From Amphiscolops sp. MND2022 (Eukaryota), in the NCBI GenBank assembly GCA_964187785.1, contig OZ076409.1, positions 27,654,001-27,718,000 of the forward strand: 64,000 nt of DNA, given 5' to 3'. The notes under the pieces were generated by a model that made no database searches, was not told the origin of the DNA, and saw only the letters and a program-made list of their open reading frames with translations. Every line of letters starts with the position of its first letter. Positions within the stretch are counted from its first letter, which is position 1. Of this stretch, positions 48,443 through 61,981 are shown one piece after another. A program made the position numbers and the translations under genes.

Positions 48443-49006
48443 AACTGCCAAAAAATGAAGAGAGTTATATGTACTTTTGTGAGGCGAATATTTGTCACAG
48501 AAATTTCATCGTATTAGCAAATCCAGATATTTCGTCGCCAGAAGTATCGTCGTCAAAAATTTCGTCGTATTGATTAAAATTAACAGCGTTCACGAGAAGA
48601 TATCATTGGAGTTTTCAATTATTTAATTATTAAAGTGAGATCGTAAGAACAAATTTCATTTTGACACCAAAATTGAGTTCAATCAACTCATCAAGACGCC
48701 TATTGAGCAATGGTATAATTTCACAGAAAATTTGCATTAAATTTGAGGCCTCACTATAGAATTTAAGCTTGGTCCAGGGGTGAATTTTTGCTGTTTTGTC
48801 AGAAAATTTTCAAAGAAAATCAGGAGAATTTTTTGCTTCAAGTGTTGAAACAACTTCGCGTTGGGAGGGGAAAAACAAGGTGTATCTGGGGTGGGAGAGA
48901 TAAGGAACAAGATTCGAAACTTTTTCCCTTGGAACCAAAACAATTAGAAGTCAATAATAGCAATGATCGCCCAATTAACGACCCGCGTTTCCCTCCCATA
49001 CAAAAA

Positions 49007-49777
49007 CAGGTTGATCATACTCTGGACCATAGAGGTTTATGGTTCCAGGCTGACCACACACTGGACCGTATATAGTCCAGAGTATGATCTGTCTGGAACC
49101 ATAAACTTTTTTTTGGCCCAGAGTATGGTCAGCCTGGAGCCATAAAAAGAAAAAAATAGGATCACGTTGCCAATTAACGCATACACTGATGAAATTACTA
49201 CATATCTCTCGACCCAAGTGCCAATACAATCATCGAACTGAAAACAAGGTAGCAATCATCAATTTTTGGCAGCTTCTGCTGAATTATTGGTAATTTTTCC
49301 CGAAAGAATCAAAAATCACTCTGCAAAGTGGACACTGCTATAACTAAAGTGTTAGATATTAACTAAGGAATGGCTGTGAAAAAATTGATTTGCTATAGTT
49401 TATCTTTAACTCCGCTACGAGTTTAACGGAGTTCGTTCATGAAATGTTTTGTTCGCAGATACAAAAGGTCGAATATGGCTCTAATGCTTTCAGCCTATGA
49501 AGCTGGCGGTTCTCAATATTTGGAAATATTTGCTTAAATTGCATAATACGTCAACCCATGTTTGGAACAAAATTATTGATTTCAGTTTGATCATAATCCG
49601 GGCCATTTATGATTCCAGACTGGTCCATTTATGTTTTCGGACTGGACCATAGAAGTTTATGGTTCCAAGTTTACCATACTCTGAATCATCTATGATTCAG
49701 ATTGATCTTGGTAAGATAATAGAAAAAGTTTGTATGATTTGTATGGTACCATATGTGATCAGAGTATGATCAACCTG
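49007..49777. mobile_element. MITE-like foldback element
   Basis: Perfect 18-bp inverted ends CAGGTTGATCATACTCTG; internal GGACCATA/TATGGTTCC repeats; no TSD found. Confidence 0.55.
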
Positions 49778-50267
49778 GTCGAGAAACCTGGAATTGTCGA
49801 GTCTTGATAATCAACCTAATTTTTATTATATACCCTAGGGCCATAGAAACCAGAAATATTCGAGCCATAGAGAGTATCGGGAAGCGACTTACCCTTGGCC
49901 AAAGCGAGTATTGGCCAAAACATCATATAGGAAACTTCCACGGTAACGGTAATAGCATCAATTTAAATACCGGCCTAATTGATGATTGCATGCAACTGCA
50001 CAGGTAGCTGCGGTAAGCGAGAACGGAATATCACTATGACGTCACTATACTCTCTCTGGCACTATTACGTATTCAATTTTCCCGCGCTACATTCGATTGC
50101 GCTGGTAACAGTACATCTAATTATATAATACTGACATTGCCTTGCTATAAGCTTGCCAAAATTCATTTAACTGTTGCCAATTGCTTGCGTTTTAAAAACT
50201 TTTCATCAAAAAGTGTAATTTTCTTATACTTACTCTCTCTGTATTCTACATTTTAATTAGACATCCA

Positions 50268-52699
50268 ATGGCCCCCAGACTTCGATCGCGTAGAATTGTA
50301 CACAAAAGTGAAAAAAGATAATTCAGAACAGAATTTACCTAGCAATGATAGCCCTAACCAGTTCGATCCAGACAGTAGCTTTAATCTACCACCCCCAGGA
50401 CCAACTACCCAGGCTCTTATCGAGCAATTAGCGACTTCCGAAACAGAGATTGAGGGTTTAGATGACATCCTCGAATGTGATCTTTTCGATGAAAACAATG
50501 ACGTTTTGATCACTAACCCCCCCCCCCCACACACACTGCCAAAACCAGATGCCCCACAAAAAATATCCCCACAGAAAATCACGCGGAAACTTCGCCTGGC
50601 CCAGAACTGCTGAAAACGAAAAAGAGGGGCAAAAGACCTAAACAAGATTTGGACAAGCAATGTCCAATTTGTCCGAAAACTGTGAAATACTTCCGTCAAC
50701 ACTTGACAAAAAGCCATGGCTGGGAAGGGAAGCCGCTAAAATTTATGCTAAGCGTTTATTCCACCCAAAAGCTAAAATCTAGCGTTTTTGAATGCGCCGA
50801 TTGTCTGTATCGATTCACCCACCGCCAGCGTCATCTGGACAAATATCCCAATCATGAGGTCAAAAAAGTAACAACAGAGGAAATAGCCGTTTATCCAAAA
50901 CAAGTGATCGACTACATGCGTTTTAAAAGCATGCTTTCTGAGCGGGGAAGCGAAGTTTTGAAGCAATATGCTGATTATTGCCGTGACAAACTCAAAAAAC
51001 CCCTTTCAGGTTTTCAATTTGATGCTATTTCCAGAATTTTCAGAGGGACACACAGTCTAAAAAGGACCGATTTGCTTGGCGATTGTATCACGAAATTGAA
51101 AGAAGAAAAAAACTACACCTTCAGTTCAGCCCGTGAACCTTCAGTTCAACTTTGTTTCGACCTTAAACTCTTCATAACCTGGATGAGTAGTGGCCATCAA
51201 AAGTCCTATAAAATCTCCAAACAAGCGTTAGACGATGCCATCAAGCTCTGGTTAAAAGAGACGTCCAAAGAGTGCATGAAAGAGCAACATAAAAGAAAAG
51301 TGGAAAGGTTTACTCTCATTCCGTCAATGGAAATTTTGTGTGAAGCTCAAGATATGGTCGAGAAATTTATTGAAGAAAGAATATTATTGGACTCTAAATG
51401 GCACAGTCTAACAGTTCATGAAAAGTTATCGCTTCTTTTGTTTCAAATTCACTCGCGGGCCAATTGCAGAGTTGGAATTTTGCTGAATTTCACAACGGAA
51501 GAACTCGAAAAATATCAGCCTGGCACATTCATCCGCTCCAATGACCACAAAACGGGCTCGATCTTCACAAATTATGCATACATTACTCAAATTGAAAAGA
51601 ATGTTTTCAAATTCACTCGCGGGCCAATTGCAGAGTTGGAATTTTGCTGAATTTCACAACGGAAGAACTCGAAAAATATCAGCCTGGCACATTCGTCCGC
51701 TCCAATGACCACAAAACGGGCTCGATCTTCACAAAGTATGCATACATTACTCAATTTGAAAAGAATGTTTTGAACGAATTACACACAGAATATACAGAAA
51801 ATTTGGGTTTGAAGCCCACTTCAGTTTTTCCCCGGTGTCAACGACAACAGTTTGACTACACAATCAGCGACAATCGCTAAGCTAATGAAAAGTCTTTTCA
51901 ATATTACCGCTTACAAATTTCACCCCAAATGCTTGCCGAAAAGTTTGGGAAACTTATTACGACAAAAACAAAGAAAAAATCCCGGGGACACTCCAAAAAA
52001 ACTTCGAATCGAACTCCGGTCATTCCAAAAAAAACAAGAGACAAACATTATGTTGCGCCGCCGTCTGATTCCGACCTACAACAATTGTTTAATGCAACGG
52101 ATGATATCAGAAAACAATTCCGCGAAAAGCGAAAAAATCCAGATTTTTGCAGCGCAATAAACCGCGAAATGCCAGAATATGAAAGTGAGAACACTGCTGA
52201 AACCCCTAGTATTGTCAGTGAGGGCCCCGCAGAGCCACCGTGTGAACCATCAAGTTCAAAAAGTCCGAAAATTTTTGATGCTAATACATCTACTCCAGTA
52301 AAATCTAAAAAACGCACAGAAAACTCCACTGAATCAGACGATGACTCCGACCAGGCTTCTGTTGACACACGAACCGAAAAAGATTCCATTTACAGGCCTC
52401 CCCGACAATTAAAAGTAGAAAGAATCCCTTCAGGCAACAAAAAAACCCGCGCACAAACAGAAGAGCTATTTGACAATTTTGCAAAAAAGATGATGAAATT
52501 CACCAAAAATACAGATTTTGCTCTCCAAAAACAGTACAAACATGCTTGTGGGATGGTAGCGTCCAAGCGCGTGAAACTTTCAGAGTCAAACATTCGAGAT
52601 ATTGTTAAAAATATGAACTTGAATGAACAGGACACAATTGTGATTTTCAAAAAAGTTTATGCCAAAACGAATCATTTGTACTCAACATTGAAAATTTGA
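50268..52699 (+). pseudogene. C2H2 zinc-finger + tyrosine recombinase gene (Crypton-like), frameshifted
   Basis: CPICPKTVKYFRQHLTKSH and CADC...H...H fingers. NCRVGILLN (box I Arg), DHKTG. After frame repair, HPNACRKVW and SGHSKKTRDKHY (box II His/Tyr). Confidence 0.75.
51441..51768 (+). repeat. 164-bp tandem duplication inside the recombinase gene
   Basis: TTTCAAATTCACTCGCGGG at 51441 and 51605; length is not a multiple of 3. Confidence 0.93.
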
Positions 52700-53335
52700 T
52701 CTGAATGCTTTGTAAAATGCTTAGTTTGTTTCGCTCTAGCATTTGTGTGAAGGTTTTTGTTACTTTGGTAGCTATGAAAAAGAGTTAAAACGCAGATAAA
52801 GTCAGATTCAAATTCAAACGGGGTGCCAAAAAAAGTCTTATGTATTTACCGTTTTTACAAAGCGAGTATAAAAATAAGTGAGAATACAGAGAGAGTCTGA
52901 TAATAAATCCAAAGTCGATTGAGTAAACTAGCTTCTACGGCCACCACACAGCTAGATTAGTGTTTAGAGAACTTCTTTACAGTTGTAGAACAATTGACCA
53001 ATGAGAGTAGAGAGCCATCTCGCATTTCACAGCTCATTCCAATTCGTGTTTAATACTCTCGCTTGACTTACATAGAGAGTCTGATAAGTACAAAATCTGT
53101 GTGAAAAATGTTTGGGCTTCTGAAAACCATTTCAAACAGGAATGGCATCAACGGAAAAATATGCAAAGTTGTTCTTGCTATTGGCGAGAATGTTTTCAAG
53201 CATTTTCAAATTCCCATCGTTGTTGCGTTGATGATTTTGAAGCCACTAAATCTGAAAAGTAGCCTATAGAGAGTTTTCCAGAAGACATAGTGAGTAGTAT
53301 TATTATTGATTTTTGGCCATAGCGAGTAGTATTAC

Positions 53336-53337
<2 letters not shown>

Positions 53338-53416
<79 letters not shown>
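53338..53416. repeat. (TAA)n microsatellite
   Basis: Direct reading. Confidence 0.97.
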
Positions 53417-53418
<2 letters not shown>

Positions 53419-53529
53419 TTATCGATAATTATTAAGATGATTATCAAGACTCGACAATCAATAAAACTCAATAATAAGGGGCGATTCCTAATAGCATAGA
53501 TAAAATGCGACGTTTTATAGAACGTAATT

Positions 53530-53620
53530 GCCGACGACGAACTTTCTGACGACGAAATTTCCGACGACGAAATTTCTGGCGACGAAAATACTGACGACGA
53601 AAATTCTGACGACAACATTC
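53530..53620. repeat. 15-bp minisatellite GACGACGAAATTTCT, ~6 copies
   Basis: Direct reading; an inverted degenerate array lies at ~48490-48570. Confidence 0.85.
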
Positions 53621-54205
53621 CTGGTAATCGTACTTTGTACTTGCAGGTGTGCATGGTACAATAAAATAACGAATCTTTCATAAATTGTAATTGTTTCCAA
53701 CTGTCTTTTATATAGTGTATGGTGTATAGTGTATGGTTTTATATTTTTAAATTAGATGTATATTCAGATTCTGTTTTATTTCACAAAAAAAATACACTGT
53801 TTGATTCTTCAATTGAAAGTTAATTTTTGCATGTTTTCACCTGAATGTATTTCATCTTTCATTTGTAAGTCAGATTTCCTGCACAATACTGCAAGATGAG
53901 TAATTGTGAGGCTTTTCAATATAATTGGGTATCAGGTTGAAGTCTCCGAAGTAAAGTTTTCCTATGTTAAGTTCTCTTGCGTATAGTGAGTGATTAGCCA
54001 CGTTTACAAACATCACAACGAATAATTTCATTAGGGATTTCAATGGCTCCATTATGGGAGAATTTAACCTAGGAATTTTTCCTATAGGAGATATTACCTT
54101 AGGGGGTTTTGGAAATTAGCCACATAACTAACATTAATCATGAATTCACCTTGTTTCATGTACTAAAAACTCTACTTATAAAAACAATGAAAATAAGGAA
54201 GTCCT

Positions 54206-54394
54206 ATAATTTGTTACAAATGTGCTAATATTTGCAAAACATCGATAGCAAAATATCGATATCCTCAAAAAAAAGGAAATTGCTAATTTAAAAATATAAT
54301 CAACATTTTTAAATTAGCGCTTTCCTTTTTTTTGAGGATATCGATATTTTGCTATCGATGTTTTGCAAATATTAGCACATTTGTAACAAATTAT
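54206..54394. repeat. Long palindrome, ~90-bp arms, ~9-nt loop
   Basis: ATAATTTGTTACAAATGTGC...GCACATTTGTAACAAATTAT. Confidence 0.92.
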
Positions 54395-55274
54395 TGTTAG
54401 AAAAACAAAATATTTCATTGCCCTATAATGGAATGAGGCTGATGTCAATTTTAAGATGAGTTTTCGCGAACAACTGAACTATTCAAAATGAGAATGAATT
54501 TCTGTCACAATCTCCACGATTTCTTCAACTTCATGTAGATGCAGTAATCAATTAACGAACTAATCTTTGCACTGATCAGTCGAATCAACATTCCGAACGG
54601 ATTGTTCAAAACAGACTTGCTTTGTTTCATCTTCGAGTTCTAAAAGTGAGCCAATCAGGGATTCATGTATAACTCTGCACCCGCAGTTTCGAATACAATA
54701 GTTATATAACTAATTAATACAGTCTAAAACTAACGATACCATACCGGTATGTCACATTAATCTGCTCCACGTGAATATATTATATTGTTCACGGAGACAA
54801 TGTCGTCTTAGCGAGCATTAGAGGTTTCCGAGATTCATTCTCAAGCTTATCTCCTCGTGTGCAAACATCCATCCCTTTTTCAGAAGCATCAAACATTGAA
54901 ATCGATACAAGGCGGTTGACTGGGTTCAATTCCAAAATGACGTCATTTCAAATCAACTAAGTTTTTCGAAGGAGAGTTTTATTCAAACATTTCCATTGCT
55001 TACGTTTTGTTTTCGCCCCAGCTTATAACATTTTTAAACTTCGGAAAAACACTCGACTAAAGGGTAAGTTGAATTTAAATTTGGAAAAATTGAAGACTTT
55101 CACTAGAGTAAAATCTAACACCAATGAAACAAGATCTGAAATTACATGATACGGCGTTCTAAAAGGAATTAAACGAGGTCTAAAATCACTGGGATAATCT
55201 CTAAAAATCACAGGGAATATCTAAAAACCTCACACATAATAAAGTGCCGAATTAAATCCAAATGGAGTCTTGAG

Positions 55275-56065
55275 AAAACAAGCCGAGAACGCCCAAAGTC
55301 AGCGCTATATCTAAGGCTCAAAAAGTGCAAACATTTCAAAATATGCTCATGACGTTTTTTTAAATGAAAAAATCACAAAAAAGATTCACCCAAAGGAAGC
55401 CTTCCGTGCTGGGAAAACGCTTCAGAAGTTCGGATCTAGCGGCTGGGACAAATGCGAGCACTTGTTTTCGAACCTCCGCCTCCTCCTCAGTAAAACGGAA
55501 TATACTTCGGAAATAACGTCAAAAATTCGGATATAGCGCTTTACTCCGGATATTACGTTCAAATTTCGGATAGTATTTAAAAAAGTATTGGTGGATATGT
55601 ATTGAGAAAACCTAAAGTCCGATGAAAAATGACAATTTTAAAACAGTTTCATAGTGCCGAAAAATGTGAAAGGGGGGACCCTTTGGGATTTTCAAACATC
55701 TATTATGTTCTAAAATATCAAAAAATTGAAGGGGGTACCCTTTGGTATAATCAAAAATTTATCGAAAAAAGGTTCATAGTGCCGAAAAAAAATCCAAGTT
55801 AAAAACACCCAGATAGCCCCAAAGTGGGGATCCTTAGTTGTTTTCGAGGTTCTGGACGTCGGTTTTATAATTTTGGATGACGTTCTGGGTTTGCGGTATG
55901 TTTTGGTCAAATTGAACAAATGAACAAAAAAGTGGACCTTACGCGAGTAGAAAAAAACTACCCACTGTAAGAGTCGGGCGCATTTTCTACTAAAATGCGC
56001 CGACTAAAAAAACTACCCACTGTAAGAGTCGGGCACATTTTCTACTAAAATGCGCCAACTAAAAA
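55275..56065 (-). mobile_element. Helentron-associated (HINE/DINE-1-like) non-autonomous element
   Basis: Minus strand begins in a T-run with a sub-terminal stem-loop AGTCGGCGCATTTT...AAAATGCGCCCGACT (duplicated as a 54-bp tandem) and ends ...GCGCTGACTTT...CTTGTTTT. No TSD. Confidence 0.5.
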
Positions 56066-56281
56066 CAAAAAAAACATTTGGTGAACAATTTGTCGAACAA
56101 GTTTCGAGAAAAATCAGCACCGTGCCGAAATACCCTAAAGGTTCGTCTATACCCACAAAACGCTATTCCAAGTTTCAGAAAATGTTGCATCTCAGTTTTT
56201 GTGTCAATAATTATTATTTAAAAACTCAACGCAATTTGGACATTTCATCATCAAAAACCAGTGCATTTAGCTTTTGGTACC

Positions 56282-57359
56282 TGTCGTAACCATCATCGCC
56301 ACTCAGATCGGAATCCACTGAATTCTCTCTACCGTGAATATGTTGGTTACTAATTCAGGCGTTACTGACGTGTTTTTGATTCTTTCGTCTTTTATGGAGG
56401 TTTCACAACCTTGGACACACTCTTTGACATTTTTCGCAATTCTTGGATAATAATATATTTGAGGGATTTCGTGAAGCATTTTGGAAATTCCCGGATGTTT
56501 ATTCGCGGTTCCATGCAGTGGTTGAAGTAGTTCCGTCACGAGGTGTTTAGGTATCAGCGCTGAGCAATATTGAATGCTGCCTCTTTCATCATAGTAGTCT
56601 CTAATGATGAAATCGTCTTGAACGGACAGCCGGTCAATTTGACTGCAGTAGTGTCGGTAACCCGGATCTTGCTGCAAGGTAGTTTAGGAAGATTCTTCCT
56701 TCTGCAATCTTGGGCGGGGAGATATAGATAGCATCAAACTGGTAGCGTATTAACTTGCATATTACTACCTTTACTACTTAGAGTTAAGTTTAAAAGCATC
56801 ATTTCAATAGATGCAGCATCGATATTTAACAAAACACTAATTCTGACCGAGCGTCAGGATGACTGCAGTGAAAGGCTTGTTTTGAATTCTGATTAGTTAA
56901 AATATCTTTGGACCGCGCGTCAACTTGACTGTAACATTAAGTTAGTTGAACACGTTTCCTTCTTTCTAGTCTGTATTACAAGCTATTAAAGCGTCTTTCA
57001 ACTTATTTTACAGCGCAATTACTGAGCTTTTACACTGAAAATATCTGCTGCATTGTCGATGTATTAGAGTTACTTTGCAAAAACGAAACAAAGGAACATC
57101 AAAAACAGTATTTGGAATAATTTGAGTCAAAAGTTGCTGTCAAGTTGACCTTTGGTCAATAGTACAAAATAATACATGTTGATTAAAATTACTACACTAC
57201 TTTTAACGGTATAAATTCGTATCAGTTTGTCGGTTTAAGACCCCAAGAGGGTTAAGATGTTTCCTATACAGGCAAGACTCGCGGTCCGGGGTGGGTTGCT
57301 TTCATCGTTGTTGGGCATAATTGGGTAGAAGATGCAGTCGCAGGCGACAGCCTGCGACA
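56282..57359 (-). mobile_element. Heavily deleted family B element: LTR start + integrase zinc-domain fragment + LTR end
   Basis: TGTCG...CGACA, TSD GTACC. LH...HPGISKM...YYYP...VQGCET at 56303-56677. Both ends match the family B LTR ends. Confidence 0.85.
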
Positions 57360-57809
57360 GTACCCTAGTGTACTCGCCTGAAACTGGGCGACATTAGTAA
57401 AATACTGTAAAAACTGATCACAACTTGACCTACTTTTATATAATATCAAAAGTTATTTCAGTTACAAAATTCTTCAAGTTGATAACAGCTAATTGTTCAG
57501 CTGAATTCGAAAAGTTTTCAGATTCGAGAATTTTTAGAGTTCAACTATTTTTTAAATATCCCACCGAGCTTTGTTCGAACTTTTCGCGTAAGAGCAGAAG
57601 TGAACAGAACTTGTCACAAAATATATTCGAAAAACGGTTTTCTGAAAGCGCCGACTGAAAGTGGTCTGAAGATATGGTGTGTACCGTCAAAATTAGGAAA
57701 GAAACTCATCATAAGAGTGATAAATTGTCAAAACAACATTGTTATTATAACAAAAAGACGTAGGACCAGGGCTGGGAACCAATTAAAGACCAGTTATTTT
57801 TTGTGTATC

Positions 57810-58460
57810 TTTTAGGGTACCTCAACATTTACCTTCTTGACACAATGTTTGGTTCTTCGGACCAATTCATCTCTTGAAGTTGCTTGAAAATCGTTTTCGT
57901 ACACCAATTGTTCAGGAATAGACCAAAATTGTTCAATAGGTCTCAGCTGGGGACATTTTGGAGGGTTGTTTTCACGTTTCACAAACTCGATGTTTACCGA
58001 AGTTACCCAAGTTTGACGTCAGTTGCGTAATGAGATGGGCAGAAAACACAATTATCACAACCTCCACACTGTGTATCAAAAATTGACTGGTAGCGTTCTT
58101 TGTTCATCGTTTCTCCTTTTTCTGCCACGTAAAGACGACTGACACCATTGTTTGAAACTGCGCACAAAATCAATCACTACTTGCGATAAAAAAATCTTCT
58201 AAGGGTAGTATTTGGTATCACGAGGTGCTTGTTTGATATTGACGGTTCGGTTGATTGTCATGGGCGAAACTTTGAACTTTTTCGACAATTTTCGCTGCAA
58301 CTTTCCAGCTCGGTGGTTGAGGTCTATTCGGACATCATTTCGTCTTGATTACTTCTTATTATGGCCTCCGCAGCATACTTGACGCAAGACGGGAGTATTT
58401 TTTGAGTGTTTCTAACTTGTGTTTTTTCTTCATTGTTGAATTTTTCGAAATTCTTGCATG
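57810..58460 (-). pseudogene. Tc1/mariner-superfamily transposase remnant
   Basis: Minus strand ~57925-57990 translates IEFVKRENNPPKCPQLRPIEQFW (SPDLNPIE-type motif); SHYA upstream. Confidence 0.7.
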
Positions 58461-59937
58461 AGTTTTCTAGACTCCTCTTCAGAGAAGGGATTGGATCTCC
58501 GAAATTTCATATTGGGAAGATTTTTTTGGTCTATACCCTTTTCATCTGATTTTCGCCGAAAGGAATGTCAATTCCGCCGGAACAAAATTGAAAATCTCCA
58601 ACGTGCAACTCAACTTTGCCAAAAAGAGAATCAATTTTCCATGAACGAAATTCATTCCCGCCATAGCGAAACTCAATTTCACATAATTTTTCTGTTTCTA
58701 ATTTGGCAAAATTCAGTTTCATATTGGCGAAAATTTTTCACGAAAACAATATTGAAATTCGTTCACGTGATCTTGGTTTTCATCTTGGCAAAGGTCAATT
58801 TCATTTTGGCGAATTTGACATGGAAAAGGTATAGTATGAAAGAGAAATAATCGCAGATTGAGTCAATGGAGAGTTGAACTGCGAAGTATTGGCTCTAGTT
58901 AAACGTTTCATAAATGACTGAAAACAATTATCTAAATGAAAAGTTGTATTAGGTGATTAAATGAGAGAATCCGACGCGACCCCGTAGTTTTCGAAAGCAA
59001 CTTTATCTGACAGGAACGCTTTCTGTGATTCCACAGGTCTTCTTAAGGATTTACTTTCACTTCTTAGAAGTTTCTTTACTTTTCTTAGGAGTTTCTTAGG
59101 ATTTACGTTTCACTTCTTATTTGTTTCTTGACAACTTGCTGGAACTCAAACGTGTGCAACGCGCATAAAAAGACGAGTCATTAACACTAACACGCCTCAC
59201 CGGATACAAATTCGGCGTTCTTAAGGGGGCCAGATTACTCTGAAAGACACTGCCAACTGTGCCTGCTCAACAAACTTAGTATCGCTGGTTATCAAACCCT
59301 TGAATCTCCGTTCTATATGACTCTTTCTGTGCCAAAAACCCGACACGTAAACTGCAGTTTTTCTACTGAATGTTACTCAATGTGAATACAACTTGATTGC
59401 ATCAAGAACGTCTCGATTCAGTTACACCAATTGGAACGCGTCTCCATTTATTACAAATTTCTAATTAACATGAAACGGTTAATTGAAAACGGTAACACTA
59501 AGAAACATTCTGTAGAAATAAATCCTATTTAAATTGCTCTGTGTAATGAAGCTAACGGGTAAAGTATAAAAAGAAGCGATTCAGAATGAATCACGGAAAC
59601 CGCTAATCTCTGAAAACACCCATTCATTGCTTCGATGTTTTCAAAATTGATAGATAGACTACACCACTTTTTTCTCAAAATTGTCTGCAATTTTTTGTAA
59701 AAATTTTGCAAAATTTATGCATTTTTGTATCGTTATCAACAGGCATTTGCAAATCTTACAAGAATCTTATTATATTTATTGACTGAAATAGTATTTTCTA
59801 GCAAAAACCTAAACATTCTTTGCGAAAATTTGAAATGAATCTGTTTTTTTAACTAAGATTGCGAGAGCAAATGCATACATATTTCTCAAAACCCTGCAGT
59901 ATTATGTTTCTATATTTTCATGTAAACTTCTAAATTA

Positions 59938-60633
59938 TGTAACGTCCAGCTAGCAGCGTACATCCTAGAAGTGGGACAATGCCTAGATTGCTTGAACAGG
60001 AGACCTTACTACAACCTAGACATTAGTTTTTAATCCTAAAATGGTCTCCTAAGGGGACTTTTCTAACGTAAAGGAGGCTCCTCAAATTAGAGCTCAGAGG
60101 CGACGTGCCGGCACATTCAAAGTCCGGACACGTCCCACAAGCCTGTAAAAACGTACCCTAAGGTTCCTGCGACTTCCTACATACCTATGAAGTCCAAAAT
60201 AGGGTTTAGCTGAAATACATTGAATTCGGGGAATAAGGTCTAAAATTTGGGATCTGCTAGATCCTGTTTCATCACAAATCTGTTAAACGACATGAATCAA
60301 TATTGAAATATACTGGCATATTCTGACGTTTCATGAAGTTTCAAGAGTCTTCGGGGTAAACCATTAAAGGGTTCGGCTCCTTTTTCGGGGTTTCCAGGTC
60401 ATTCTTTTGAAAACACGGCACATAACTGTGATCTATCTTCTCACATTCCTGGGATTTCTGTCCGTGTCTTCTCTTATGTCGATATAGGGTGGGGGGGTTT
60501 TGTTCTGCGTTGTTTTTATTTCCTCTTCGATTTTTGGCACCTGCTAGGTCGGCTATTTTAAAGTGTCCTATTTGATATCGCACACTTTTTGAATTTCAAC
60601 GAAATTTTGTTTCGCTGGGTGCCGGACGTTACA
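59938..60633 (-). mobile_element. Solo LTR related to family A (696 bp)
   Basis: TGTAACGTCC...GGACGTTACA; reverse complement of the conserved LTR 3' block; TTA on both flanks. Confidence 0.9.
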
Positions 60634-60643
60634 TTAATTGTTG

Positions 60644-61194
60644 CCCAGTGTAAAAACACTTGGAACTCTTGCCAAGATCTTGCATATTCTTACATATTCC
60701 CGTTTACTCTTGAAAGTCTTGATAAGACCTTGTTTGTTCTTGCTTCACACAAGCCTCTTGAAATTCACACAAGTTCTTGATAGGTCTCTTGGTAAGAGTC
60801 TTATCAAGAGAATAAATAAGTTGTAAAACAAACAGTAATTTTGTTTACAAATACTTCGCTGTTGTTCGCACTACCAGCTACACAATCATTTTATGAAGTA
60901 TTGGATATAGGACAACACAAAGTATTGAATTTCAGAACATGATAGCTTGGTTGGTAGCGCGGAAAGCTGCGGCATAATAGGTACTCTGATCAAGCTGCAG
61001 TTGGCGTCGGTTTTTGTTTGTTATCATTCACTTTCGTCAGTTTTGCTCTTGAATTTCTTGGCACGATCTTGCAAGATCTTGCAAGATCTTGCAAAATCGT
61101 GGATTTCTTGGTAAGAATCTTGGCAAAACTCTTGCTAAGAAATCCAGGAATATCCAGGATTCTTATCAAGAGTTGCAAGAGTTTTTACACTGGG
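60644..61194. mobile_element. Second copy of the CCCAGTGTAAAAAC MITE, 2-bp TSD TG
   Basis: Near-identical to 47906-48442. Confidence 0.9.
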
Positions 61195-61981
61195 TGGTAC
61201 ATTACTTGATGTTTGTAATCTTTGAATTTGGGAAATTTATTTAGGCCATTAGAGCTCCATAGCATGAGCGGAATCATGTGAATCTTTGACAGAGGGACAA
61301 ATGATACACGGCTTGAAATCTCTAATAAGTTGAAAGTTACATCTGACTTCCTTTTACTACATCTTAAGTTTAACAAGTTGAAAAAAAAGATGTCATGGCC
61401 TATATAGACTCGGTTTGAAATGATACTATGCATTTTTGAAAACTGAATTTTTAATTCACGGATTTATTGAAGTTCTTTTTTGAATAATTGACTTGACGGA
61501 AAGTTACATTTTAAAAATTTACTATGAAAGGAAATTCAACTACAACTACACTTGCAACGAACGAGTCATTTTCATACCGAGTGAATCAGTGAGTCTAGGT
61601 TAGTTTTTTCAACGAGTCTTTTGAAGTGTTCTTTAGAAAACAGACAACTTGTTTCAGAAGGGTCTGAAACTCGCTTACTTGGATTCAAAATACACACTTT
61701 TCTGCAAGTGAATTGAGTTCGTTATAAATACCTTTGAAAAAATCTGTTCGAAATCTGTCCGCGAGGACAAGGAAGGTAGATAACATTTCAAAAAATCCTG
61801 AAATTTGGAATTATATATTATTGATAACCTTCACATCAAGTAACTTCTTCACAAAACGTTGAAAACGTTTTTCCACAATGGATGCTGTCACTTTACCAAC
61901 AGTCCCTATAACTATAAAATTGCGCTCGAAACGTCCCTCCAGCAACTTTACACATCGATGTATGCATGCAAAGTTTTTAAA

